The notes: a model not told the origin generated them from the sequence alone. Positions 13,801-28,800 are shown, numbered from the stretch's first letter. The stretch: DNA of 64,000 bases from Phoronis australis (GCA_002633005.1 NMRA01000149.1:764440-828439), one strand, 5' to 3'. Numbers and translations: made by a program.

Positions 13801-16800
13801 TTTTCTATGCCAATGTCTACATGGACTGCATATACATCAACACATATTTGAATAAGATATGATTAAGCAATAAGGCCCAAGTTATAAGCAATAACGGTGT
13901 GTCAATAAAAGTATTTTTTTTTGCATGAATGACGTGCTCCTTAAATATTCTTCAGGGTCAGACCCTGGAATTTAGTGATTCCTACCTGAGCTCACAAGAA
14001 GTAGGATGTTGAACCTTGACTTAACGTCTTTGGTCATTTTTCAGACCTCTATCAGATTTCTCCTCTAGTGTGCAGTGGATGTACTCGGTGTCTTTGGCGA
14101 CGCCAATACATGTCGAGAGTTGTAACGATGATTCGGGCAAGTGAATCTACTACGGTAGATTATGTAGCTCCTGCTGCACACCTGCCTCCGAGGCAGACAC
14201 TGAGACAGATTACTTCTCAGGAGGACACGTTCCACCTCCACATCAGCTCCCCTCACTTTTAAGGTTCTCAAATGTCTCGCTCTTTTCCTTGTGAATTTCC
14301 CAAGAGTTTCCAAAGTTTTTTCTCTTCGCAATTTGTAAAAATGCCACATTCGATGCGACTGGCAGAGCCAGATAAATAGATAAATTTGCAAACCCGCACT
14401 TTAGATCAGCCATCACTCAACTAACGCATTGTATGCTTTAGTTTGGTATTTAACGAGTTGGATGAACAAATGTAGTATAATTTCATATTGTAGTGGGAAC
14501 TACTAAGTGTCCTTAAAATTAATTAAAAACATTTAATCAAACCAATTTAATTGTTGTATTATACCACTGCATTTTTAATGTGTAGAAACGGCGCACAACT
14601 AGTGACTGATTTAACATGACAAATACACATACGCGGTCTGAAAATAGTGAAATTCAGACACCTATTACCAAGCCTGCCTGAAGGGCTGACAAAGTTTTTA
14701 TTGTATTAATTTCAAGGGCATGGTGTCCTCTACATGTTCATGTTGTTATTTTTAGTTTTCTCGTGGGGGCAGCTTCGGTATAAGGGTACAACTTACTGCT
14801 GGTTTTTCAAAAGAATGAAATGTACCTCCACGGAAACAGTTCCAGTGTTACCATAGTGCCATTTTTACTTACATTGGTCATAAACCTATCATGTGATATC
14901 AAAATTGTTCAAAAAAGATTCTGTTTGAAGCAGAAACTGGAGTAGAAAATTTGGTCAAAAATGACTCATTCCACACCAAGAAATTGTCTCATTTTGCCCC
15001 CCAAAAGACTTCCCTTGTATCTCCTAAACCACCAAACTTTGTGGTGTCGTACTTCACCCAATTTCTCTCATCCCTAATGTGATTTATCAGACTAAACATG
15101 GATCTGAAGGGCTGACCCCCCACCTTGCCACTTGTTGGCTGTACAGTGGTCGGTGGACCTGTGGACTGATACTTAATATCCTTGCTTGAGCTGCCCACCC
15201 TGATATTTTTTAATTGTCACTTTCAAATGCCCACCTTTCAGAAATCCAAGTGTCTTTGTGACCACTTGTCTCCCAAGAATTTTAGCTCTCGAATCTTAGG
15301 CAGCATACGCAACTTACCTTTGGGAAAGGTGCAGTAAGTTTCAGCAATGCCTTGCAATATTCAAATGAGGAAAATATCTACTTCTTACACGGTCACATTA
15401 ACATATGATCTCGACAAGATCGCAATATACTTGGGTAAGTGAATGCATTTCTTATCCTGAGCTTTCCACATCTCCACATGTGTGACATTTCTTTTTCTAG
15501 ATCAACAAAAGATGGGAACATTAATCCATACAATGTACAGTTCAATGCATTATATCACACTTTACTAGTCTGTGTTGGTCTGTTCTTTTCCTCACCACCT
15601 CTTGAGACAATAAACCATTTGTTTTACCAATAATATATCTTGTGTGAGGTTTTATGACTCACTGCATTGTTTTGATTTTTAAGGGTAATAATGCAAGTCT
15701 GAGATATTTCCAAATATTACAAGTGCACTTTGATTCACCTAAACGCACTGCTATAAAATCATGAATTCTTTTTGTCACAAAGCATTTTTGTTTTCATTTA
15801 AAGCACAACTTGGAGAGGATCCAGAATTTATTTGATCTGCTCAAAGTGGATGGTCTGACACCCAACATGCAGTCATTCGCAGCAGTGCTGGAATGTTTGG
15901 GTAGAATTAAACGGTGTGACGAAGTCTTGGTCAGACAGTGTCTTCACCACATGGACAGTCTGGTGAGTTGCTATAGAAACTGTGTTGTTAAAATGTATTG
16001 CTATGTGACCAGTCCTTTTACCTGATACTATACTTTTACATTCTACAGAAAAAACTATTAGTCGTTGCTCTCTCGAATGTTTTTCATTCTATTTAGGCCT
16101 TAGCTACTGATGGTATTTTGGATGTTTTGCTCACAATTTTGCTTTTGAACTGCATCAGAGCTGTGTTGCATCTCAATCGTGATGAACAGGTGTGTGCGTG
16201 CTTGCGTGTTACCTGCTGTAGTCGCTTTTACTTCATTGTTTAGACTTGTTCATTATGTTGGGTTAAGGTACGTTTTGCATTGATTATTGAATTTTTCACT
16301 CCTGATACAAATTAGATCACAATGGCAATAATGGCATTTTCTAAGCCAACACTAACGCGTGTTATCTTACTCAAGTCTGGTTACTAAAACCTGTGCCTAA
16401 AGCAACTTTCATCTACAGTTTGGTCTCTAGAGCATGCAATCAATGATTTGTGTTCTGAGTCCTGTACACACGTTCCTTCTGGCAAGGGAGACAATTCTTG
16501 TTACAACAGGTCATTAATTTGACAGCCACTGGGCAGGGCTGATAACCATTCGCTTCAATCTACAACCTTAGAAAGTCCAGTGATAAAGTGTTTTTAGATA
16601 AGTAGCTGTTGATTCTGCACAATACCAACAATATTAATTACCCATTTTTACATTTTTAGTCAATGCGATGCATCTTGTGCATAAGAATGTGCATGAAGTG
16701 TTTGCTTAATATGGGCATAAATGGTCACTGTTTGAGAAGTGTCTTTTGGAAAATTTACATTATTCAGCATGATGTAATCTTTGTTTTTCTAAATGACAAC

Positions 16801-19800
16801 TGTTAACTTTCAGAACTTGAATGTAAAGAACATTGTGAATGAATGCTGGTTTCAGGGAGACGAGAAGAGTTATGTTGTCAAGGTAATCAACAGATAAATC
16901 CTAAATGGACTGATAAATCAGTAGTTATGTCTAAAACTTAGATGAATTTGTTATATAATAGTCAGGTGCTGGAAAATCGCAGTAGTTCCTTGAATTATGG
17001 GATGTACATTTAAACATAATGGTTCATATCAACACGTACGTTTTGAGTCTCATTCATTTGCCTTTTACAAACCGTTCAGTCTACCGTGTCTCATTCTTTT
17101 GTGTACCTGTGATAGTATTGTGCAATAGAATTGGTTGATATATTGCTGCGCTGAGTTGTTAAAGCCAAAATGACAAGTTTTAAACTGGAATGAGTCATAT
17201 TAGCAGCAGTATAGCTTATCATAAAAGCTGTCGATGAACACTTCCAGTCCATGGTGTTTTGTGTATTAAATGCTAAATTGTCATATGAAAATATAAAAAA
17301 GGGGTCCATGGCTTTCACCCCAAATTTCAAACCAAAACCGTGTTTTTTTACAGGTAGCACTGCATGTAATTCTATCATGTTTTAACATGGCTTGATAATT
17401 TAGTCAACATTTTCTTAACCAGGCAATAAAAAGTGTTGATCCTGACTTCATGCTAAACCCTCCACCCACGGGTGATCGCTACAACTGTGCCTTGGTGGAC
17501 GATCTGAACCATGTGAACATGGTTTGTGAGAACCCGTTTGCGGGTGTAATAGACTCGTCCAGCCTGAGGGAGCGTGCAGACCAACAGTTATACTGGGAGA
17601 AACGGATGTTTCTATCAGTAAATTCCATCGAGCAACTCCCGCCCCCTACAGACAAGACAATAGAAATGGTAAGTCAATTGTAGTTTATGATACACTAAAC
17701 ATTGTTTTTGCATATTTTAACAAATCTTGGTATTACTCTATCTCTGACGTTTGAAAGTTTGACTCTATGCACCCGTGTTTGTAAGCTCGGATGGGCCAAG
17801 TTTGCCGCTGACCAGCATCTCTGGCGGCCATCTGGAAGTTAACATTTTTTATTTGACAAGTTATGGAGATGGTGATCGTGATACTTGCTGAACTTTATCT
17901 TTATTTTCTGATTTGAGTAATCAATTTGTAATATTTGGACTTCCGTTAACCTCGTCTTTATTTTCTAAGATGAAATGTGAAGTTACCTTATAAATGTCAT
18001 GTAATATTTTAAATCCACCTTTAATACTTGCTAGCAGCTGGCAAACAAAGAGATAGCACAGGCATCGAATTCTTGAATTGCGAAATTTTGTGTATGGGCT
18101 GGAGGCCTTTTGTGCAACAAGAAGATAAACTTCTTCCATGCTGGAGTGGTCATTTTTCGTGGCACCTAAACAAACTATAATATTCTTTTCACTAATTATA
18201 AAATGTCACTTTCTGAAAACTTGCCCCACAGGGCAATATGTTGAGTAGAAATTTAGTGTTGCTGTCACCAGAGAGATGGCATTGTGGTCTTGTTGTAGCG
18301 AGAGAAGTTGAAGATGTTGCATGATGAGTGGAAAACAAGCCTTCTAGTATCATTTAATAGAAAAGTGGAATCCCTTAATAAACGTAAGTAATACTTATTT
18401 TCAGCTAGGGGTCGTTTTATCAAAAGGTAGGAAACTATTATGCTGCGCTATTTTTAGTAGAGTGAAAATGTTGTAACTGACTTTAAGTTGGTAATTTTTT
18501 AAATTCAGACTTAGCAAACGCCTTTGTGCATTAAAAGTGCAGCCATGTTCTGTGTGCATATTGGGATGCAGAATGCTTGCAATGAGTGTAAACAGTTTGA
18601 TTTCGGATCGCATGCAACCATATCTATGTTTTGTAGACATGTTCCCAATTGTGCACATCTGTGTATTACATCACTCTTTTGAACATGGGAAGCAATGAAG
18701 GCTGTCTGAAAAGACACACCTTCAAGCACATGTCTTAAATCTCCCATTATACCTGAAGTCTTGATTTCAAATCCTTGAATGACCAGGCTGTTTTGTTGAT
18801 CAATCTTCTTGTAATGTAACTAAATGTTCTGAAATGAACTCTGTATTATTTTTTGAAGACGTATACTCTCCACCCATTGTTCATTGTGCTCATTTATGAG
18901 ACCATTTCACGGTTGCATAACACAGTCCAGTGAGGCAGTCAAATATGTTGCATAACATAGTCCCAAGAGGCACACCCAACTATGTTCCCTAAATTTTCTG
19001 CGCATTTATTGACTTATTGCAAAAACTGGTTTTCTTTTATTGTGCTTTTTTATCGTCTTTCCTATGTCGAGTTTTAGCTTTGGCAAACAGGTAGACTAGA
19101 CTCTACATTATTCTTGATATGAGGTGAAATTAAACAGGGCCCTTTTCATGTAACGTGCCTTGTTTAAGACCATAGTCCCTCTTCATTTTGGTTGGAATAA
19201 GGGCTCGCTTTTAAGATGTGTTATTAACAGAAAATGTCACAAGTAAAAGAGGTACTCACAATGATAAATTGATAGAAAAACATAACATTACGTAGTGATC
19301 AGACGAAGCTGAAAATGGAACATAGTTGAGTCACTATAAGGAAAATTAAATCTATTACTGGACTTACAGATTGAGTTGGCTACATTGCGTCATCCTCTCG
19401 CAAGGTAGCCAACTCAATCCGTAAGTCCAGTAATAAATTTAATTTTCTACATATTATTTACTCAACTGGATGACTGAAAGTATTCATCACATTATCACTA
19501 AGGACTGACTCATGCAACCGTACACATATGCTCAGCAGCTATCCCTTCGTGAAGTTCACTCTGATCAATGCGATAGACCATATACTGATGTGTTAAGTTG
19601 TTTAATCATCACAGCAAACCATGTGCTCAGCAACTATCCCTATGTGAAGTTGTTTGTTCTGATCAATGCAGCAGACCATATACTGACATCATGTTTAGTT
19701 GTTTAATCATTACAGGAGACCATACGCTCAACATGTATCCCTACGTGAAGTTGTTCAAACCAGAAGAGTATGTGGAGCTCATTCTTCAGGTAATGTGTCA

Positions 19801-22800
19801 CGGTAGTTCTGGGCTCACGCTCATTTGGTACAAAATTCATCATTTTCTGTACTTCGGCACTGTACATATTTAATAAAAGACCAGGTTGTGCAAGGAAATT
19901 AGTATGCAACCCATATTTTGGAATGAAAATGAACTGTTGAAGATATCCAGTCAACTCTTTAAGGCATTGTGCATAATCACTGTCATCTGGACATAGTTGC
20001 TACGACATTTCTAATTCATTTCTAATCTTGCAAAACACGTTTAAAATCTGCACTTTAGTTTACTTCGAAATAGTCAATAATCACATTGTCTGCTTTGTGA
20101 TTAGCTGATGTATTGGGTATTTCTATCTTGTGTCTGAATTTGAAATCATACTTGATCTTAAGATCATGTAGACCTCATCTTGGAACACTAGGATCACTCA
20201 ACCAATCTTGAGATTATGTAAAGAAGAGGTTTATGTTATTAAGCTTTCAAACGTGTATAAAGTTACATGGATTTTAATATGTTTCAAATTTTCAGCTTCT
20301 TTCTTGAAAATTCATTTAATACAAAGTAGAAAAAAGAAAAAAACCGCGGCATTTTGAAGCACCAGATCGGCAAATGCTGCAGAAAACTATTAAATGACGC
20401 AACCACTCAACGACTTATTAGCCTTGCAAAGCATAAAGACATGATGACAAACTCAATTTCTTCCTGCAGGTCGTGTCAATCAGTTAATTTAATCAGTATA
20501 TCACCATGACATTTCTTATGACATTTACAGGAAATCCAGCTTCTGGCCACTCAGTCCAGTAGTTTCAGCCCTGTTATCAGCGTACTTTGGAAGCGACTTG
20601 CTGAGCGTGCTCAACGCAAGTATATCATACAGGACAAACTGCTCAACAAACATGCTGAGAAGGTTAGTATCACCTGGTACTGCTCATGGACATCTGTGAT
20701 GTAGTTCTAAGGTGCCAGCCTCCACAGACTGTTCAGAATATTTGGTTTCAACATTTTCAAACTCTGTTTTTAAAACATTTTTTGCAAATATATTTCATAG
20801 TGCATGAGCATTTATTGGTTTCTGGTGAAAATAACCACTTCTTGGAGGTGTCTAGGAAGTGCACGGTTTGTTTAAATCTAACTTGAATTTATAACTCCTT
20901 TTTATGTGACAACATGTGGGTGTTGATGTCATCATGTCCAAGTGTCCACTCAATATCTCAAATGCCCCTGATCAGATCTTCATGGAATTTGGCACAAGGG
21001 TGTTGGGCATCACTGTGACTTTGGGGGCTACTTTTTAATCTGCCTAGCCCCTAGGCCTTTCAGTGTTATTTGGGGGTGATATCTAGAGAACTGATGGATG
21101 GATTTCAATGAAACTTGCCACATAGGTTTGTGACAATAATGTGTCGGCATCAGTTGATTTTCGGCTGAGTATGACCACTGCAACCCCCTGGTGGCCATTT
21201 TAGTGCTTTCAGTACTTGGAGGAAGAGTAGATCGGCATGTTTTCAAGACAATCAGTTGATGGATTTCAATGAAAAAATGTTTGTTTAGTTGAACATGATT
21301 TGAAACTGGATTTTTTTTTGTTTTTCGTGTGTTATTTTAGCATTCAATTGAAATTTAAGCTTTCAGAAAAATATTGCAAAATATGGATTTTTAGCGTGGT
21401 TGTTATGTTCCATTTGGGTTGGCTGCCCTGCATGTGGTATTACTTTAGTAATTGTTTCATCATGTTAACAACCATAGGTAGCTTAACACACTCTCTCTCT
21501 CTAGGTATCTGAAGTGTACAGTGAATTTACTGATGTCTACAATGGTCAGTTGACCAATCACCGGGAGGCGTGGCTTGATATAGTCCATCGGCATGACGCG
21601 GGTACCACCTTGGACGTTTCTGAGAAACACTGGCCTTGGCATATCATCAGATCTGTAAGCGGTGTTGTATAAGAATTTTGCCTTTTACAAAGGAGAAATA
21701 CTTGTTTACGTTATGGCGTGCATCGTCTGAAGTTATTACATTATTAAATTTCGCCAAGTATGTTGTTCTGACATCAAGTTTTTTCCTTTTTTTGTTAGTT
21801 TGCACTCTACAGGCCACATTTGTTGTCCAATTTTCATGAAATTTTTACACAACTTGTAGTTCTGGAAATACTGGAAGCCTATTGTTTTTGGTCATGATCG
21901 GATTCAAGATGGCGCATGTGGCAGCCATTTTGTTTCCGATTTATGATTCAGTTGCTCATAGAGGCTGCAATTTTTGACGTATCAAGTTGAAAATCACCAC
22001 GACCATAAAGCTATAAATGTTCTACAACTATGCCAGAAATCATTGTCTGATCAAAGATGGCGGAAATATCGACAATTACGCATGCGCACTTCGATTTTGG
22101 GCAAAAAATTTTTCTCCTGTAGAGGGTGCACTATAGGACCAACTGCTTCGAAATTTTTTAGGTGTTAGTTTTATATGGCACCCTATTATGCAATCTTTAA
22201 AAACCGGAAGTTGCTTTCAAGATGGCGGATCTGGCACACTTTGACCCATTTTCAGTTGTGCTGGGGTGCCATTTTAAACGGGAAGAGAAAATGACATGAC
22301 TTTTTGCATGTGGATTCTCTAAGGTATGTTCTTTCAAATGAAATTCAACAATTTTTTCTCAGGCTAACCGTTTTCAAGTTATTTGACTTTGAATTTCAAA
22401 AAAACACAAAATTTCACGTAAAATTTACGGAATATTGCGAAACTATCAATTTAGATAAGAGTTTTGAATGGGCTTTTAGACGATATTTCCCATTTTTCGG
22501 TAGGATGTCTACTTTTTGAATTATCCGAGATTTTCTGATTGCGCTGTTCCTTTGTTGAGCGCTTTTGCTGCATTGATGTTGGTTTATCTTCTATTGAACA
22601 AGACTGTAGCCTATTTCTGACTGATTTATGACATCTAAGTTTGTCATATGAATGTTATATGTTGTTCATCATCATGGCCACCATCATCATCACATTTGTC
22701 ATCTTTGTCATCATCTCCGTCGTCGAACTATATTCGTCATATGAATCATTACTTGTATGGCTCATCATCGCCACCATCGTCGTCATATTCATCATCTTCG

Positions 22801-25800
22801 TCGTCATCTCTATCGTCGTCTTTTCTGTTAATTTCGCCAAGTTTTGCTCCTCGGAGCGCTTTCATTTAGTATTTCCCCTCTGCTACTGATAGTATCCTCC
22901 ATTACTTGCTTAAGCAGTAAAGTTTATTGAACCATGATACTGATATGTTGTGTAAGATATTCAGTCAGAATGAATGTACTTTGTCAGTGCAGCCCAGTTT
23001 TTTTCTAAAACTTTACCCTTGTTATTAATTGGAATTACCATCAATTCCGTGGGTCAGAACATTGTGATGCTTTATGGGCAATTTGTAAGAATGGTCTCGG
23101 GTCCAGTTTGTAAAATTCAGCTGCACGGACTACTTTACAGACAAATAAATATACAAGTATCGACTGTGTGCACTTCATTTTGCATAGAGGTTACCACATG
23201 TGTTCATGTGTCTCCATGGCCTGGCATCTCAGGGCTCGACGCTGTTAAAGTTGCCAGGTCGCATCGCATTTTGCGACCTAGCCAAAATCCCAGATCACAT
23301 TTTCAAAATCCAGCTCGCATTTGTAAATGCCAGGTCGCAAAATTTTTCTGCCATTTTTACGCGCCAAAATTGATTTTCAGGTGATCGAGAAAATGTTTAG
23401 ATTATGCTTTTACCTGCAGTATTAAATACTCACAAATTTCAGATCGAAAAATTGACTTCGTTCATGCAGGTACAGCATTCGGGGCTTGGAATTTTCCGCG
23501 GAAACTCTGATTTCCGCCCTTTTTCAAATGTTCAGTCCGCGTATTTTATTATATTTCTGCGTAAAAAAAATTGGTTTTGATGTAAAATTTCCGCAGTAAA
23601 TTTCTTTCTTACCACGGCGTTGCCGACGACTTTCACCTCGAAAAGCGGAAGTTGCTCTTTATGTTTCGGACATTGCCGGGCACCTGGGATAGCGTTGTGG
23701 ATTTCTTCAATGGCGTCTCGTGAGATTGTAAATCACGGTGACAAACACTACGACTCTGCAGCCAAAAATGTGTAAAATGTGTGGAGGTGGGAGTGAACGG
23801 ACGAGCTAAACAGACGTAGACGCACGCTTCTGGAGGTGGTACCTTTTTTCTTAGTCCTCCCGATTTTTGTCGGCAAAAGGTCCACAATCGACACAATTTC
23901 AAGGCTGGGTGCACGCATGTTTCGGGCCAGCCATGAAAATTTCCGCTTTTTTTGTCATGGGTCATTCCAAGCCCTGGGCGTTACTGTTCTTCACGACCAC
24001 CATTGAAAGGCTCTAGAGCGCAAGGCTAGTTGCCGACGTGAAAGTTGAATCAGTGCTCTCAAACTGAAGCGTGCATTTGAGTAGCTAAGTTTACGATGTG
24101 AAAAGGGAAAAAAATGCCCATTGAAAAAGTATCCGGGATTTTGCTAGGTCTGACCTGCTACTGGCTGTCATCAAAGTCGTTAAAGATTCAAACTAACTCC
24201 TAGTGCAAAGTCCCTCCCCTTTTTGTTCGCAGCCCAAGTTTTGCAATTTAACTAATGATGTTTGAAGAACATCTGTTGAAAAAAATCCGTGAAACGATGC
24301 CCCAACCGAATGACCTTATTTGGATGCGCAGGAACAATTCAGTGCAAATTTCACAACAAAAATGTGGTACTTATGCTGTTTACGTACTCAACAATTAGTT
24401 TTCCATGAAATGAATAGCCTCGAAATAATTCCCGACTCCCTCCGTGCAGTTTTCCATCGGTTAATGGCAAGTTTGCTCCTCAATACCATCCAAGTACGGG
24501 AAAAATAGATCAGTCACAAAAATGACACGCATGTCACTAGACGTGTTAACTTTCTTTCAGAGGTATAAAACAAAGCGGGGATTTGGTTTTTACGCATATT
24601 GAGAAAAGACGTTTTTTGAAAACTGAATTTGTTGTGTAAAATGAAAGTGAGACCATATAAGCTGCGTGTCAATTTTAAACCACACGCGGTCGTTTGTTGT
24701 GCGCTAGCCTGAGGTGTGGGCGCTTAATTGGAAATTCTCAAAATTTAAGGGGCGACTCTTAGTAGATCAGTGAGCGCTTATTATGAAACACTTCAAAGGT
24801 AGGGAGTAGGCTTGTGCGTGAGCATATTCGTTAACCTGAGTGTTTGCGGTAATAAGATATTAAAACACTGCAATGGTAAGAAACGTTATAGTAATACGAT
24901 TTTGCGAGGCAAACTCCATCTAGTAGGGGTGACTTTCTGGATATCGTTACCACCTACACTGTACCCTTTTTAGCCACCCAGAATAATTTTGTTTTTAACT
25001 GTCCGCTTCAGCCGGAACATTTTGTTCTTGACAGGGCTTTTCAAGTATATTGGGGGGAAGAGCAACTCGGAATGATATTTAGAGAACTGATTGATGGATT
25101 TTTATGAAACTTGACAGAGAGATGAATGATATCAATTCATTGGTTTTATTTGATTTTCGGGTGAATTCGAGTTCTGCAGCACTTCTTACTGACCACTAGA
25201 AACTTATTGTTGTCGATGCTTCATGGGCACATTTGAATACTTATAGGACGGGAGACCAGATGTGTAACTGAGTAAGTTTTATCCTGAATAAGAATTATTA
25301 TGTTTTGTAGCTTGGAAGTTTCCTGTATGATATTATTCTCTATGAAACTAAAATTGACCGGAATACCTTAAAGACAACTGGTGAAAGGTAAAAAACGCTT
25401 TCATATTGTTATGTCTGTTTGAATTCAATGAAAGACTTCAGATCTTAGAACTTAGAAATTATATAATGTTAAATAGACATTTTACATTTTAATGTTTCAA
25501 TTGAAGTGCAGTTATTGAACCTGATTTTGGTAGAGAGAAGCTGCCCGCTTTGCTCTTAGAATGAAGTACTCAACATGTACATTGTTAACTTGTAGTTGTC
25601 TGTGTAATAAAGGCTTAAAACATCAGTGACGTTTAATGCTCCACTCATAGAGTTTCTAACTATCGATGGTGAGCATGTCAAAAGTGTAACTTTTGATGAT
25701 TTCGTTTTGTGTTCCTTTGATCATACTTTTTCATCATTTCAGGCATATGATACCTGCCTTTTACACAGTGTTTCGCAAGAATCACAAAAGTCTGCAGATG

Positions 25801-28800
25801 ACTGAAGAAGTGAAAGTAAGTTTTAAATTGATAGTTTCTTATTTTCACAACCAGAAAAGCATTAATACCTTGACAGTTTCGGCTCCTCTCCTGATTTTGT
25901 TAGAGGGAAGCTGTGTGCTCTTAGAGTGAAGTACTCGACATGTATACTGTTAACTTGTAGTTTCAATAGTTGTCTGTTAAGCCTATACTACACTACACTG
26001 TCAAGGTATACTTTTCTGGTTGTGAAAATAAGAAACAATCAATTTGTACCCTACCAACCGCATGAAATTATTTAGTGATAAGTTCCAAAATATCATGTTG
26101 TTCCTTTGTGAACCATCATATGAACACTATTTTCTGTATGTCATCAGTTCAGTATGTTCTGAGCATTAGAATTTTCAGTGCAATTGTTTACCGTTATGGT
26201 AACTGCATAATTGTCACTACAGTTGGAGGTGCTACTAAGGAATGGAGGTTCCTTTTTTAACACCTGAGTAGATTTGAATGCAGAAACTTTTCATCACAAT
26301 TGTGTTTACCATTTGATTTCCTTAGTGAATGCATGTATACTGAAGGTACTGTTGTTGCACTAACGCCCCCTGGTGAATCTAAGAGTCATCCATTAACCAG
26401 ATTAATGGTGTTTATTATTTTCAAATTTGTCAGCAAAAAAATATTACCTCCAGAAAAAAATCTATTAAATTCAGTATTTTTTGATTTTGTATTTAAAAAA
26501 TGCAAGAAAATGGAATGGAACATAATTTAGAAATTGCTTTGTGTGACATGAGCTAAGGATTAGGTTGCTATAGCAACATTATTTTTTTGCCAGGATAAAT
26601 CATTTTTATGTTGTTTTTGGAATTTTTTTATTTAATTGAATGTTTGCAGAATTGTTAAACCTTGCCATTTTTAGCCTCACCCAACATTAGTCACCTTATA
26701 CAAAGAAGCTGGGTGGAAGGACCTAAATTTTGAGGTCCATGAATTACCCATGTTGGTCCCTCCAGTACCTTGGACCAGTGTTACATATGGTGGGAACTTA
26801 CTGGGAAGTAGTGAGTATAGATTTAATTACCTGTATTGGTCTCTACGAGACATTGAACCACAGTTACATGTGGTGGAAAAAACTAATTGGAAAGTTGTGA
26901 GCATACAAGCACTTAGAGGTCCATGAATTACCAGCATTTGTCCCTCCAGTGTTACCAGGGATCAATGGAAAGTTGTGAGCATACAAGCACTTAGAGGTCC
27001 ATGAATTACCAGCATTTGTCCCTCCAGTGTTACCAGGGATCAATGGAAAGTTGTGAGCATACATGCACTTAGAGGTCCATGAATTACCAGCATTTGTCCC
27101 TCCACTGTTACCAGGGATCAATGAAATGTATTATGAACAGTTTTTGCAGACATAGTGGGTAAATGTTTCAAACTTTAGTGGCAAATATGTGTTGGTGTGT
27201 CAGTAAAGTGCACTGAACTGCAGGATGAAAATTACTTTAATTTAAACAACACAATTTCCACTTCTTGTACTACTGTGTTACGTGTAACATGTTTCTCACT
27301 GGAAAGTAAAAGTTCAAGTACATAGCTTTGAGTTCATGCTTTCAATTGCCCATCTTGACAAGCTATTCACAAGACCCTCAGCAGAGTGTCCTCAGTCTTT
27401 TCACAGACACCTTTCATTGGTCATAATTTATCATAAAAGTGTAATATATAAATTCTTGTCATCAATTGTTATAAATTCATTTGATAATTTATTTTTTAAG
27501 TTTTCTTATCACTGGAGAATGATTTATGATCAAAAGAGATTTTCCATGAATTTTTCAATGAATTATGATTGCTTATCATCAACCTGATGGTCATTTGTTG
27601 TCAGCATGATGAGCGCTTGTTGTCAGCCTGGTGATAATATATTGTCAGCCTGGTGGTCATTTACTGTCTGCCTGATGGTCATTTACTGTCTGCCTGATGG
27701 TCATTTACTGTCTGCATGATGGTCATTTATTGTCTGCCTGATGTTTATTTATTGTCAACCTGATGGTCATTTATTGTCAGCTTTATGATCGTTTATTGTC
27801 AGCCTGACATGAATTCATATCAACCCTAATAGCGGCGGGTCTCCACTGATATTGATCCCAATCTCAAAATTAGAAAATCAAAAGTTCTAATTAAAATTAG
27901 GCTGTCGGTATTAAAATGTTGGTGAATTTTAATTCGCTTGTTCTACATCATCATTGTTAATTTTATTAATATATATTTAGTAATAATAATAATATTATTG
28001 TTGTTGTTGATGCCTTCTCTAATTTTGTATTGGACTAAATTGCAGCTCAACTAGTGCGAGTCAATGGGATGACTCAGCAGCAGATGATAGAACTGAAAAA
28101 GCTACCTAATAACCAAATGAATCCAGTTCTCGACTCACTCAATGTTCTCACAGCCTGCCCGTGGAAGATTAACAAGCCAGTAGGTTAACTTTGTATCATT
28201 GGGTATGAAGTAGTATACCACACAATTGATTGCTCAGTGACTTAATTTCTGCTGGGCCATACGATGCATGAATATTTTTCCTACAACTCAGTTAACATCT
28301 CGGATAAGAGCTGCGATGTAGTAGAAATCTCCAGAAATAACCTGCATCTGTGAGACGTTTTTCAGCGCATGATAAGGCATCCCCTGCTGACTAATGTACC
28401 TTTAGGAAGTTTTCACCACCTGGGCGGTAATTTTAAAAGTTCCTAAATGACAGCATCATTTTAAAATGGCTAGTTTCATTGTTAAAGGTGTTTTGCTGAT
28501 GATGATCTGGCAGTAACTGATGTCACCATTCAGTGTGAAGACAGAGTTTCCAGACATATTTTACTGTTGAACAAAGCTTCCAGAAGCTCTAAACAAGATG
28601 TGTTGTGTATTAGTGTAAGGGAACATTCACAGCTTTCAGCAATTGTACTGAACAACCCCCCCCCCCCAGAAAGTGTGTAAGATTATGTTGATAGTTTGGT
28701 GACCAAACACAATTGATTTTTCAATTTTATGTTGCGTACTAAGTGAGAGCTACAATTTTAGAAATTTTTACTTCATTCATGACATTTTATGTGTGTGAAT

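Noticed and set aside
22641-22889. Hydrophobic or Ser-rich small proteins
   Set aside because: These are translations of a degenerate CAT/CGT microsatellite.
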